DNA of 64,000 bases from Octopus sinensis (Eukaryota), in assembly GCF_006345805.1 (NCBI RefSeq), contig NC_043010.1, positions 46,004,001-46,068,000 on the forward strand, in the 5' to 3' direction. Shown piece by piece: positions 42,325-57,146 of the stretch; position 1 is the first letter of the stretch; every line of letters starts with the position of its first letter. A program made the translations under genes and the position numbers. The notes under the pieces were generated by a model. That model was not told the DNA's origin. It made no database searches and saw only the letters and a list, made by a program, of their open reading frames with translations.

Positions 42325-42480
42325 AATATGAACCCGGAGTTTCTACAACACACAAATTTCTGCACATGAACCCAGAGTTTCTACCCTTGGACAGGTCGTG
42401 AATTTGCTACCCAGGTTTCGGTTAAACGAATTTTCCATGCTGACGATAAACATAGGATAATTCATTCGCCTATTTGTACA
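41735..42480. repeat. ~750-bp near-perfect palindrome centred on a (TA)n tract
   Basis: Unique blocks tgtacaaataggcg..gggttcat and caaaaagcaataaag..ggatgagtt are mirrored on the right. Confidence 0.95.
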
Positions 42481-42489
42481 TATATATAT

Positions 42490-42523
<34 letters not shown>

Positions 42524-42593
42524 CATACATACATGCATATACATATATAAGAGATGGTGCACTTACACACACACACAAACACACGCGCACACA

Positions 42594-42640
<47 letters not shown>

Positions 42641-43269
42641 CACTGAAGGAAAGTGGCAAGCTGGAGAAACTCATGTGATTCTTCTGATCATGAGTGACAT
42701 AAGTGAAGTAGTTTCAGTTACCCACTTTCTATGGGATTTCCTGCCTCACAAGGGGAACTTGCTTGTGTATTATTGTCAAGCTATATATCCTGTCTGTGAA
42801 GGAAAGCAAGGCAGCTGGTTGGATGAAATGCTGGACTGCTGTCTTATACAGTGATTCTCATCTTTTTTCCTTCTTTCATTTTTTTCTCTTGTCGTTTATC
42901 TGTTACTTGTTTCAATCACTGGACTACAGCCATGCTGGGAAACTGCTGGGAAGGATTTTAATAAAACGAATCAACCCCAGTTCTTATTGTTTGAAAGCAC
43001 TCATTTTGTCAGTTTCTTTTGCTGAACTGCTAGATTATAGCGATGTAAACAAGCTAACACCAGTTGTCAGTGGTGATAGGGAACAAATACATGGACAAAG
43101 ACATAAAGGTACATACATACACATACACATACATACATACATACATACATACATACATACATACATACATACATACATACATACATACACACACACATAC
43201 ACACATATGTGCATCTATATAAGTACATATATACACATCTATCTTTGTCTTTTGTTTTTTGTAAATTTC

Positions 43270-43344
<75 letters not shown>

Positions 43345-44487
43345 ATATCTTTTATCATTTGCTTGTTTCAGTCATTTGACTGTAGCTACATTGTGCCCTA
43401 CCTTGAAGGGTCTTTTTAGTCAACAAATTAACCTTAGGAATATCTTTTTAAAGCTAGAACTTATTCTCTCAGTCTCTTTTGTCCACTAAACCTTTTTTAT
43501 TTTCACTCCCTATTTATTTCTGTTCCTTTCTGTCGAAGAGCATAGGCTCCAAATGTAAAAGACTTTCTCATTTCCTGAACATTAAACTAATACATCTGTT
43601 TGCTGTTTACACACCTGTCTTTGTCTTTTGTTTTTTTGTAAATTCTCACTATATATATATATAATAAACACAGTATATGCTTTTATGCGCTACTGTAAGT
43701 TTCATGAGATGAAAGCATGCGAAACAGTATTTTTTAACACATCTGGTGTCTCAATGCAATCTTCAGGTATTGTCCACATAGCATAACAAGCTAAAAACAG
43801 GATGATAGGATGAGAGAAAGTGGTACAGCTGCTCTGTTCAGAGAGTGTAGTGCTTTCCAATTCATCAACAGGAGCTTAGCCATATGCTTTTATCTGCTGA
43901 AAAGTTCAGATCTAGAATTCAGCAGTGTCACTTCTAGATACAAAAGTAGTGGAAAATAGTCGAAAAATTCACACCATGTGTCAACAGATCAAAAAAATGT
44001 AAGCTATACATGGCTGAAAGAACTATAATTCCCTGCTTTTGCTTCTTTGTGCTTTCTTTTTCATTTTCCAGGCTTTCACCAATAATCCCTACTTTTTTCT
44101 CATCTTTTCTCACTTTTTTTCTCATCCTATCGTCCTCTATCTAAAAATTCAAAAAATAAAAAAGTCACAAGGAGATATGGGTTGTTTAAAGCAGAATTCT
44201 GCCTATATATAAATATATACTCATACATCATCATCATCATCATCAATGCATACATATTTATATACACCTATAGATGCACATACATATACATATGTGTGTA
44301 TGCCCGTGAGAGTGTGTGAATATGTATGCATGCTCGTATTTTGTTTACATTTTTCAGATTAATGAAATCAGTAAAATATGTTATTCTTTATTTGGAAAGG
44401 AAAATAAGGTTTATATCAGAATGGATAAAAATTTTTTAAATGGATGGAAATGAATGAAAAATACTTTTTTTTATATTCATGCATACA

Positions 44488-44558
<71 letters not shown>

Positions 44559-47427
44559 ACACACATATATATAGGGGTGAAGGGTCTATGTATGCAATGC
44601 ATGCATTGCATGCCTTAGTATTTTTCCATGATAAATAATTTTTGTGTAACATACAATTGGTTATTCTTTTACTCTTTTACTTGTTTCAGTCATTTGACTG
44701 CGGCCATGCTGGAGCACCGCCTTTAGTCAAGCAAATCAACCCCAGGATTTATTCTTTGTAAGCCTAGTACTTATTCTATCGATCTCTTTTGCCGAACCGC
44801 TAAGTTACGGGGATGTAAACACACCAGCATCGGTTGTCAAGTCTTGTTTCAGTCGGTAGATTATAGTCATGCTGGGGCACCACCTTAAATAATTTTAGCT
44901 GGGTGCTTATACTTTTTTGTTTCAAGTGCCAAACTGCTAAGTTACAGGAACATAAACACACCAATGCTGGTTGTTAAGTGTTGGTGAAGGACAAACACAG
45001 ACACAAACACACAAACACACATACACACACACACAAACACACACACATGCACACACACATATATACGATGCTTTCTTTCAGTTTCCCTCTATCAAGTCCA
45101 CTTACAAGGTTTTATTTGGCCCAAGGCTATAGCAGAAGATGCTAGTGGAAGACTGAACCTGGAACCATGTGGTTGGGAAGCAAACTTCTTATCACACATC
45201 CATAGTTGCTTTCTAAAAAGATTTAACCAATGGAGATAATATTGTTGATCCCTTCTTAAGGCCTGAATTCAGTCATGTGACCCCAGTATTTTCTTGACTA
45301 TTTCACGCATAGAGCTAAAAGGTGGCAAGCTAGCAGAATCACTAGGCATGCTGGGCAAAATACTTAGTAGCATTTTGTCCATTTTTATGTTCTGAGTTCA
45401 AATGCCACCAAGGTAAACTTTGCCTTTCATCCTTTAGGGGTCAATAAAGTAAGTAACAGTTGAGCACTGAGGTTGATATATTCAACTAGCTCTCTCCCAC
45501 GAAATTTCTGGCCTTGTGCCAAAATTTGAAACCAATTATTAAGCTAGACTTTTGATATCATTTGCGCCAAGAATCCCTTTAATAAAGGAACTTATGAATG
45601 TATAACTACGTACACACAACTGAAGCACTGTTAACCTTTCTTCTCACTATCTACCACACCCTCCCTAAGTAACTCTCACCTCATATCAATTCCTACACCA
45701 ACCCATTTCTCTGAAGTAATGGAAGAGAAATAGCTGATATCTCACACACTGCCTGTCACACTCATCTCCTCTCTGATGTAATGGAATGGAAATAACTCTT
45801 CTAATGCATGATCATAATGGCCGCCATCTTCATTAATATACTTATCACTCAGTGTATGACATAACTATTTGCACAGATGCTAGCCGCCATTATATAAGTG
45901 ATGAGATTCCAGGACTTAATGGCAATCCAGCAAATACAATACAGTGCACCAGGTGCACAAATACTGTGTGACATGTTCATCTAGGATATGATGTACATTA
46001 TAATATTTTATTATAATTTAGAATTGATGGATTGGTGAAGAAGAAATGGAGCAGAAATTTAATAGGATTTAGTTACATCTCTTTAAGACCTGAGATCAAG
46101 TTCTGCAAAAGGTGATTTTGCTTTACATGCTTCAGGTGATCAATAAAATTAAGGAACAGTCCCCATGCTGAAATCTATTAAAGTGACAACACTGCTCCTT
46201 CACTCCTCCTCCAGGTCATTCATAAATAACATACATCACTCTCTCTCTTACCATCAAATATCTATACAACTAACCATCCTTAACTTTCTCACCCTTAATT
46301 TCCCTCCTTTCTCTCTCTCTCTCCCTCCTTTCTTTTTCTCTCTCTCTCTCCTTCCTTTCTCTCTCTCTCCACCCTTTCTCTCTCTCCCTCCTTTCTCTCT
46401 CACTCCTTTCTTTTTCTCTCCCTCCCTTCTCTCTCTCCCTCCTTTCTCTCTCTCTCCTTCCTTTCTCTCTCTCTCCACCCTTTCTCTGTCTACCTCCTTT
46501 CTCTCTTGCCTTTCTCACTCTCCCTTCTTTCTCTGTCTCCCTCCTTTCTCTCTCCCTCCTTTCTCTCTCTCTCCTTTCTCTCTTTCCCTTCTTTCTCTCT
46601 CTCCCTCCTTCTCTCTCTCTCTCCCTTCTTTCTCTCTCTCTCCACCCTTTCTCTCTCTCCCTCCTTTCTCTCTCTCTCCCTCTTTTTTCTCTCTCTCCTT
46701 CCTTTCTCTCTCTCTCCTTTTCTCTCTCACACCCACTAGCAAACATGTTATCATCACTACTTCTTACACATTAACCCCTGTCATTGCTGTCTATTTCTCC
46801 CTTTCTACTATTATTGCTGTCACTTCCATAAAGTCCTCTTCTGCTGCCCTCTTACCCTAATAACTCTGCTTCTTGCATCATGCGCTTACTTGTTTGTTCC
46901 TATCACTCAAAGTTCATTTGTCATCACTTTTCTATTCACCTCCCAGTCATCTTTTCTGTTCAGCCTCCTTTCCTTGAATGAATGGAAACAGCATAGACAA
47001 GGACTCTTTAGTCTTGCAGAGTACAAGCAACTCCAGTTAATAAAAGACTCTGACTACAATCTATAAAGTGGTTGGTGAATGAGAAGAGACAATGGAATGT
47101 CAAAAGATCCAACTATGTTGCCACAAGCTTGACAACCTCTACAGTGCTGGTTCAATAATAAAATGAACCCTGTGCACAGTATAAAATAACTAGTGTTAGG
47201 AAGGACATTTAGTTGTTGAAATCATGCCAAAATTTGAAATGTACCAGTTAAATATGATCCTCCAATCTCTCTCGGAGGGTAATGACTCTGAATAAGAGCT
47301 GTCTCGGATGAAAAAATATGTATTAGTGGCAGAGGCAGTATTAATACTGAGATATAGTATTTATCCCCACTTAAACATGGATGTTCTATTAGAACAGACT
47401 ATACTGCAGTAGATACCGTGAGAGAAA

Positions 47428-47468
<41 letters not shown>

Positions 47469-47730
47469 AATAATAATAATATTAGGGAGTATAACTCCAA
47501 ACTTACAGGGAAAATTCAATTTAGTTTTAAATCAAATTTCACAATATAAATATATATAGAGAAAAACTACTATTATGCAATTCAAACAATGATAGACATA
47601 AACCAAATCATAAATGAAAAATAAAATATATTTTTAAAAACATATAACTAGATCACAAAAAGTACAAAAATGAATAAGCAATATATAATGATAAGTAAAA
47701 AAAATGAATAAACAATATATAATAAGTAAA

Positions 47731-47838
47731 AGAAACTACGTATGTTTCATGGCTATAATTCAAATTCGAATTAAGATTAAATTTAAATTTAATGAAAAAA
47801 CAATTCAATTTAAAATTATAGTCACTCTTCAGGTTAAC
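47731..47838 (-). ncRNA. Minimal type I hammerhead ribozyme motif (Penelope-type)
   Basis: aac-CTGAAGA-GTGACTATAATT...AATTATAGCCAT-GAAAC-atac-GTA-gtt. All core nucleotides are present; stem I is only 3 bp. Confidence 0.6.
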
Positions 47839-49377
47839 AATAATGACAATAATAGTTAAATAAATAAGCAAATATAATTAAACAATTAATTAATAGAATT
47901 AAGAATATTGTTACACATTACAATTAATATTCAACTGTAAGGTAACTATATAAACCATGGTTTATATGTATATATTTATTTAAAAAAGATTAAAAAATAT
48001 ATTATTATTTATTAATTAAAAAATTGTTACTTATTAATTTTTAAAAATTGACAACAATGACTGAAACAGGTGAAAAAAAAAAGAAATGTATATATATCAT
48101 TCAACCATGGTAGTGGTTGAATATAATCTTAAGTCCATCATTTCATCAATTGCAGCAGCTTCCAAGCTTCACCACTAATTCAGTTCTCAACTAAATTGCA
48201 AACTGTTAACAGTTTTAAAGTGGACACCTCCTCAGCTATACTTTGGCATAAATAGTTTGAGATTTGGTTCTGTAGAAAAAAGTTAAATCAAAATATCTGC
48301 GATCTCAAGGATGGCAGTAAGGCACCTATTCATTTTCAATTAATATAATTTTTTTTATTTTAAAATAAAAGTATACTTTTCTTAGGCTTAAATGATAGAA
48401 AAATACATGAGGAATTCTGAATCGTTAGTCACATTGAACAAAAATTTGTAGAAAAAAGTTATGAGGTGAAATGTCATGAAATTTATTGTCAGTGAGGAAG
48501 TAAGAAGTAACGCCCCAAGCAATAATGTTAAGATAAGAATATATTTCTAAAATGAATGCTTATATTCCAATGTGGTGAGTTGGCAGAAAAATTAGTGTGT
48601 AGGGCATAAAGCTTAGTGGTATTTTGTCTGTCTTTTCATTCAGAGTTCAAATTGCACTGAGGCTGACTTTAACTTTTGTATATTTTTGTATGTTGTTGAA
48701 TTAGGGTAAGTTTAACTTTTATTATTAATTTTCTCTTTCATCTTTAATTAACTTGATTTCTGCTTTTTTTGCTTTTCCTTTTTAGTTACTTTCCTTTTCT
48801 TTTTAGTTAATTATTTAATCAGACTGGTTCATTAATATGTTATATGCTTCAGATATGTGCATCTAAATTTATTGAGGCAAGAATATAGTCATTTTTGGCT
48901 GTGTCTCTATGGGCAGATCTGAAGGCATGTAGTAAGGCTGTCAAGAAAAGGCATTGGTTAAAAGTGCTTATATTCTAAATTTACTTTTCAAATTTCAAAA
49001 TTAATTAAAAGAGATTTTTCATAAATCAAATTTATATTAAGGGGATGTGGGTAATTTTACTTGTGATATCAGATATGCTTTTATAATTACTGTTGTATTG
49101 AATAATTATTGATAGATCTAGATTAGCAGCAGTCAGTGCTATTATCACCAACTCAAAATCTAGGTTACTTAAGGCGAGCCTGGTAACTGATTGTTTTGGA
49201 GTCTTGTTGTTTGTAACTTTTGGTGAGCCATGGTGCAACCAACAAGATGGTAAAATTCCTAGCCATTAATTTGGTGTGGATGGGTAATATCAAATAATTC
49301 AATCACAACATATATTTAAATTAAACATGAAATATTATCATCACTTACATAGAAATATTGAAATATTATAAACTAAG

Positions 49378-49402
49378 TAGGGTTAGGGTTAGGGTTAGGG
49401 TT
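49378..49402 (+). repeat. Short interstitial (TTAGGG)n tract
   Basis: tagggttagggttagggttagggtt. Confidence 0.8.
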
Positions 49403-49491
49403 TTACTCTTCCACTGCTAACTTGGTTACTTAAATTATTAATCGACACATTATTAATTATTTTATAACAGCAATGCCTGGAAAAATCATGG

Positions 49492-50011
49492 ATTACATGG
49501 AAAAATGCGAGCATAAAAGTAATATTCTTAAGATTATAAACCTGGGAAAGTACAGGACAAGTTATTACACCTGGAAAAGTATAGCATGAGCTATTACTTC
49601 TAGTAAAGTAAAGAATACGAAACATTTTACTTAAAATAATACAGCTAAAATTAAAATTTGAATATTAAAAATTATTTTATTATTGTTTACAAATGACACT
49701 ATACTTATTTAAGTAGAATTTGGGTAATTTACTACCTTAAATACAGAAAAAAGTGACTAATTAGATAAACTTACAAATTAGCTGAATAGTTTTGTACAAT
49801 AAATTTAAAAGATGAGAACTGTAAAGAGTGATAAATTAGAGGAACTGGCATTCTGTGCTGCAATATTTTAAGTAAAAAGTTTCTTATTCTTTACTTTACT
49901 TCAAGTAATAGCTTGTCCTATATTTTTCCATGTGTAATAACTTTTCGTGTACTTTTCCAGGTTTATAATCTTAAGAATATTACTTTTCATGCTCGCATTT
50001 TTCCATGTAAT
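49492..50011. repeat. ~148-bp imperfect inverted repeats with ~225-bp spacer (foldback/MITE-like)
   Basis: Arms 49492-49638 and 49864-50011, with internal ttattacacctggaaaagta sub-repeats. Confidence 0.85.
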
Positions 50012-50745
50012 ATATATGTATGTATGCATATGTGTATATATGTACATATGTAAGTATTTATGTATGTATTTGCATATATATATAATATATATATATATAT
50101 TATATACATATACACACACACATGCATGCATGCACACACACACACAAACACATGCACACACATGTACATATGTATCATTATGTTTGCAGATAAATAAACA
50201 TTAGACTATAACGGTCATATTCTAGAAACCATAAATTCTAATTTTTATGTGGCATGGGTGCAGTCAGTGTACTAAACTAGCATCCTAACAAACAAGAAAT
50301 TTATTTCTCAACTGCTCCATATTACTGAAAACCAAAGCTCTGATGTCATTAGATTTTTGTGATTCAGAAAGGATTTGATTCTATGAAAATTACCATTATT
50401 TACCATTTATTTGATAGTTTCACCTAAGAGTCTGTTTTACCATCTACCCACTGTGTAGTAGTTTCTTCCAAGAGAACTAAGTCAGTATTATATTTCACTA
50501 CTTACATGGAAGAATTCATTATAAATTAAAGGATATACAAAAAGGGATTGATTTTCCTTGGAAAAAAAAAACAAAAGTGTATCTTTAATTACTCTATAAT
50601 GAGAACATAACGAGCATGCATTTCCTTGACATGAGAATTCTTTTTTTTTTTTGTCTAGAACTAGATCTAGACATGAAATGAATATGGTCTCTTGAGAAAC
50701 ATTTAATTATTTAATTTTAATCTAAATTTTTACTTATTTATCTAT

Positions 50746-50780
<35 letters not shown>

Positions 50781-51567
50781 TTCGTGCAGATTATTTAGAG
50801 TCTGGAGAAAAAAGTTTAAATAAGTCATAAATGTTTCACAAATATTTGCTTCCTGAATTATCATTTCAAGACTACAACCAAATTTTATTTTACATGCTGA
50901 GAGTAGAAAGAGTATTTACTTAGCAAAAACGAAATTGTTGTGATTTAAAAAATCATCTTCACAATCTTTATTTTCAACCAATTCTTTAAAAAAATTTGAT
51001 ATCTTTTAAAGTTTTATTTATTAAGCTACTCACAGTGTGGTAATGAATGGGAAAAATTCCCTATCCTTATGATAGTGTTTTGTTAATTTGGTTAATGATA
51101 ATCCTTCTACTTTGTTTTTATCTAGATATTCTTTTTCTATAGTTCCTCACTCCAACTCAGCTGAATTTATTCAGAAATATAACAGAGATATAACATTAAA
51201 AATTGGATTAAAATTTGTCAAGTCATAGATAAAAGTGAATGCTATCAGTAAGCCATCATAACTAGTTGCTCTAAAGGCAAAACTCAAGCTGGTTAAGAAA
51301 AACAGAGGAAAACAAATTGATTTTGACAAAAATATAGCCGATGATCACAAAGATCTTGAATCAATAAGTCAGTAAAAGAGAAAAGGTTATACTATTAGAT
51401 CATCTGATACTTGTTCAAAGCTACTTCTGGCCATCTAGAAATTAAGTATCTCTTCTACTAAAACAAACTGTCTCCTTTTATGGCAACTGTCTTATACCAA
51501 GCAGAAAGCAAAGCATGAAATAAGAATTGTATTTTATGATACAAGATCAGTATCCAGAGATTGACAC

Positions 51568-51603
<36 letters not shown>

Positions 51604-51691
51604 TAATAATAATAATAATAATATTAATAATAATAATAATAATAATATTAATAATAATAATAATAATAACAATAATAATAATAATAATAAC

Positions 51692-51743
<52 letters not shown>

Positions 51744-51745
51744 GC

Positions 51746-51784
<39 letters not shown>

Positions 51785-52049
51785 AAAACTTTTTGGTTCT
51801 TTAAATAAAACTAACCAAAGTATTTCTAGCTGTCATAAAAATATCTTCAAAACAAGAAAGAGACCCGAGTGGGAGAAAGGTTAACACCATGTTGGTTTAA
51901 ATGGATTTCAGATTTTATGATTAATACATACTAAAGAGATGTGATACATGCTAAAATGTTGGTAGCTTCATGTGTAAATACATGTGGGAGACTATGAAAG
52001 TAAAGAATATAATGAGACAGCTTCTAAAAATCTTTCAGTGTATATTCTT

Positions 52050-52462
52050 TTCTACTCTAAGGACAAGACCCGAAATTTTGGGGGAGGGGGGAGGAGGCAG
52101 TCGATTAGATCGACCCCAGTACACAACTGGTACTTAATTTATCAGCCCCCCCCCCAAAAAAAAGAATGAAAGATAAAGTTGACCCCAGCAAAATTTGAAC
52201 TCAGAACATAAAGACAGACGAAATACCTATTTCTTTACTACCCACAAGGGGCTAAACAAAGAGGGGACAAACAAGGACAGACACATGGATTAAGTCGATT
52301 ACATTGACCCCCAGTGTGTAATTGGTACTTATTTAATCGACCCCGAAAGGATGAAAGGCAAAGTCGACCTCGGCGGAATTTGAACTCAGTACATAGCGGC
52401 AGACGAAATACTGTTAAGCATTTCGCCCGGCGTGCTAATGGTTCTGCCAGCTCGCCACCTTT
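52050..52462 (-). mobile_element. Tandem OK-like SINEs
   Basis: Two successive gacgaaatacc-joined units, as at 19209. Confidence 0.85.
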
Positions 52463-53231
52463 CTTTGAGTGTATATTGTGTGCACTAAGGTAATCCAAAA
52501 GACGCCTGTTGCATGGTGGCATTAATAGAATGTATGTCACAAATATAGATACAAACAGCTATAATAATCATAATAATCACAAAAACAAAGTCAGATATAA
52601 AAGCTTGTTGCACATCCTGTAATTTGTGGTTTATTATAAGCAAAAGCATAATTCTTGTTTTGTTGCTATATAATGATAGCAATACTTTTGTAAATTTTTA
52701 ATTTCCAAGGACACGTGTCTGCATTGGAATGCACCATCCCCTAAATGTCTAATGTAAGGCACATTTATGTTTCTGAATCATCATCATCACCACCACCACC
52801 ACCACCACCACCACCACCGCCACCACCATCAACCACCACCACCAACAACCACCACCAACACCACCACCACCACCACCACCATCACCACCACCAACCACCA
52901 TCAACCACCACTACCAACATTTATGTTGCTGAATCATCATCACCACCACCACCACCACCGCCACCACCATCAACCACCATCACCAACCACCACCAACCAC
53001 CAACCACCACCAGCACCCCCACCCCCACCACCAACAACAACAACAACACCAGCACCAACACCACCACCAACACCAACACCACAACCACCACCACTACTAC
53101 TACCAACATATATGTTTCTGAATCATCATCATCATCACCACCACCACCAACAACAACAACAACAACCACCACCACCATCATCACCATCATCATCGTCGTC
53201 ATCATCATCACCACCATCACCACCATCATAT

Positions 53232-53318
53232 AGATCAAGTGGGGTAATCTATATAAGGAGGTAAAACAGAAATAGTCCTCAGTCAGAAAGATGCCACCAC
53301 CAAATAAATGTCACATCA
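53232..53318 (+). repeat. 87-bp copy of the parvoviral VP promoter and start (58071-58157)
   Basis: Identical except 53304 A vs 58143 G; embedded in a (CAC/CAT)n tract. Confidence 0.97.
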
Positions 53319-53394
53319 TCATCGTCGTTGTCATCGTCATCATAACCACCACCACCACCATCACCATCATTATCATCATCATCATCTTTTAAAC

Positions 53395-54190
53395 CCCAAA
53401 CCCCTTTTATCCATGCTGGCATAGGCTGGATAGTTTGACAAGAGCTGACCAGCTAGAGGGCTGTCCTGGCTCCATTTGTGTTTTGGTATGGTTTCTACAG
53501 CTGGATATTTTTTTTCCTAACATCAACTGCTTTACAGTGTGTACAGGATGCTTTTTCATGGCCCTGGCATGGGCACTTTTCTGTGGCACCAGCATGGGCA
53601 CTTTTACATGACACTAGCACAGGTACTTTTATGTGGCACCAGCACTCAAGAGCCCACAAGACTAGTATCTCTTGGCTGACAAAGGAATGTAGAGGACATG
53701 TCTGTACACATGGACAGCTTAATTTTACTTAGCTTGGTGTATCTTCTCAAGCACAGCAAACCACCAGACACCTCAGTCCCTTGTCATTGCCTCTGTGAGG
53801 CCCAATGTCAGTAGATCTTTTTTCACCACTTCACCCCACATCTTCCTGGGTCCGTCTCTTCCACACATTCCCTCCACAATCAAAAAATAGCACTTTTGAT
53901 CCAGATGTCCTCATCCATACACATAACATGACCATACTAGTGCAGTCTTCTCTCTTGCATGTTACATCTGGTGCCTTGTATCCCAAATTTTCCTTTCAAA
54001 CCACTTTCATTTTGTCATACATGCACACTGACATTAATACATCCAATAGAATATGCTGGCTTCATTTCTTTCAAGCCTTTGCACATCTTCAGTAGTCATA
54101 GCCCATGTCTCACTTCCATTTAGCATAGCTGTTCATAGACAGGCATCATACAATCTACCTTTCTCTCTGTTGCCAACAAAGTAACAGCTC
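53395..54190 (-). mobile_element. RTE LINE 3' fragment (RT C-terminus and UTR)
   Basis: ERRLH*YGHVMCMDED..GPRKMWGEVVKKDLLTLGLTEAMTRD. Confidence 0.85.
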
Positions 54191-55391
54191 TCTGAACTTT
54201 GCCCAGCCTATTCTTATTCTAGCAGCCACACTTACAGTATTACATCTTCAGCTGGCAAAAGATGAGTAGTTTCTGTATTTCAAAAGGCCAGCCTTGTCAC
54301 ATTGTGTTATACTGAATTTCCTTGAGAACCAACTACATTATGCTTTCCGAAATCCGCCCTCATGCTTTCCGAAATCCGCCGAAACTACACCTGATTATAT
54401 ATACACTTTAGATGAGTTGTAGTGCACCTGAGCACTGTACACAATTATTATTATTATTATTATTATTATCATTATTATTAAGAGTATGCGTGTCTGTGAA
54501 GTGCTCATCCACTTGCATGTTGATTTCACAAGCCGGCTGCTCCGTTCATCGGATCAAATGGAACACTTGTTATCATAACCAATGGAGAACCATTATGGGG
54601 AAACATAGTTTAACTGGCAAATAACAAAATTATGGGGTGGGAGAATGGATATACTGCAACAAAGGAATTAAGTTGTTGAAGTAGCATATAAACTAAAAAA
54701 TACATCGATGTCTCAGCTAAACTTGTTTTTAGATAGAATTGGCATAGTTTATTGTCTCAGTTTCGTATATACTCTTACTCTTTACTCTTTTACTTGTTTC
54801 AGTCATTTGACTGGAGCACCGCCTTTAATCGAGCAACTCGACCCCGGGACTTATTCTTTTGTAAGCCCAGTACTTATTCTATCGGTCTCTTTTGCCGAAC
54901 CGCTAAGTAACGGGGACAAAAACACACCAGCATCGGTTGTCAAGCAATGCTAGGGGGACAAACACAGACACACAAACACACACATGCATATATATATATA
55001 AGCTTTGGTTGGCCCGAGGCTATAGTAGAAAACACTTGCCCAAGGTGCCACGCAGTGGGACTGAACCCGGAACCATGTGATTGGTAAACAAGCTACTTAC
55101 CACACAGCCACTCCTGCGCCTCTTCCACTTGTTTGAAATACTAACTGGAGGAATTATGAAAATAATAGCACAAATAGATATCTTATTTGAGCTCCTTAGT
55201 GCATGTTCTCATGCTTTCGCTTGCACAAACAAATGCTCCTCATATGTGCTGAAAAAGCAAATGTTCATAGAAGTAACACAGGAATTTAAAACATCGTGAT
55301 GTCTCAGCTAAATTTCCTTTTAGACCAAATTTGCATAGCTCATTGTATGAAATTGCATATACATTGGCATGCACGCATATATACATATATG

Positions 55392-55492
<101 letters not shown>

Positions 55493-55493
55493 A

Positions 55494-55587
<94 letters not shown>

Positions 55588-55590
55588 ATA

Positions 55591-55661
<71 letters not shown>

Positions 55662-56569
55662 ATGTAGGTATGTTTGCGTGTGTGTGTGCTTGTGTGTTTG
55701 TGTATGTATGCATGTATGTATGCATGTGTGCATGTATGTATGTATGTATGTATGCGTGCATCTATGTATATGTATGTATATATATGCATGTATGCATGCA
55801 TGCGTGTATGTATGTATGTATGCATGCATGTATGTATGTATGCATGTATTTATGCATGTATGTATGTATGCATGTATGTATGTATGCATATATGTACGTA
55901 TGCATGCATGTATGTATGCATGTATGTATGTATGCATGTATGTATTTATGCATGTATTTATGCATGTATTTATGCATGTATATATGCATGCATGTGTGTG
56001 TATGTATGTGTGTATGTGTGTATGCATGCATCTATGTATGCATGTATTTATGTATGCATGTATGTATGCATGCATGTATGTATGTATGTATGTATGCATG
56101 CATGTATGCATGTATGTATGTATGCATGTATATATATATGTATATACGTATGTATGTATGTATGCGAGAGATAAAGTGTTAAATGGTGTGAGAGAAACAG
56201 TCAGATAAGTAGATGTACAAACAGATAGATCAAAGAGGAATGTTCAAAAACAAATAAGGATGAAATGAGGAATGCTTTGTTACTCTCATCCTTGTTTTCC
56301 CCCAATATCCTCAAAAGCATTATCAATGCATTAATCAGATTTTCTATCATCTGCAATCTAGTCTCCATACAAACTACATTCTAATAATTAGAAATGATAT
56401 TGTGCCTGCTATTAACCGCTTTGACAGGCAAACAGTTCAAGGGTTTCTTTTATGCAGTTGTTTGATTTGCTAGATATAGCAACCAAATAACACTACTGTT
56501 TTCAAAAAGGAAAACTATGTCGGACAATATAGTTCTGAAAGAAAAACATTGCATTAAGCTAAGTAAGGC

Positions 56570-56919
56570 ACTTGTGCTGGTGACATATAAGAGGCACCTG
56601 TGCTGGTGACACGTGAAAAGCACCCGTGCCGGTGACACATACAATCACCTGTGTCAGTGACATGTAAAGGGCACCCATGCTGGTGACACATAGATGACAC
56701 CCATGCTGGTGACATGTAAAAGGTGCTCCTGCTGGTGACATGTAAAAGCACCCATGCTGGTGACACTCTGTGGAGTGGTTGGCATTAGGAAGGGCATCCA
56801 GCTGTTGAAACCAAAGAAGATTGGAGCCTGGTGCAGCTCTCCAACTTACCAGCTCCACTCAGTCCATCTAACCCATGCCAGCATGGAAAACAGAAGCTAA
56901 ATAATGATGATGATGATGG

Positions 56920-56967
<48 letters not shown>

Positions 56968-57009
56968 CGACGACGAGATGATGATGATGATGATGATGTG
57001 ATGATGATG

Positions 57010-57073
<64 letters not shown>

Positions 57074-57080
57074 CGACGAC

Positions 57081-57146
<66 letters not shown>

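Noticed and set aside
49378-49402. True telomere
   Set aside because: Only four units, internal, with ordinary sequence on both sides.
51259-51375. Short lysine-rich open frame ALKAKLKLVKKNRGKQIDFDK..
   Set aside because: Weak acceptor and no homology recognised.
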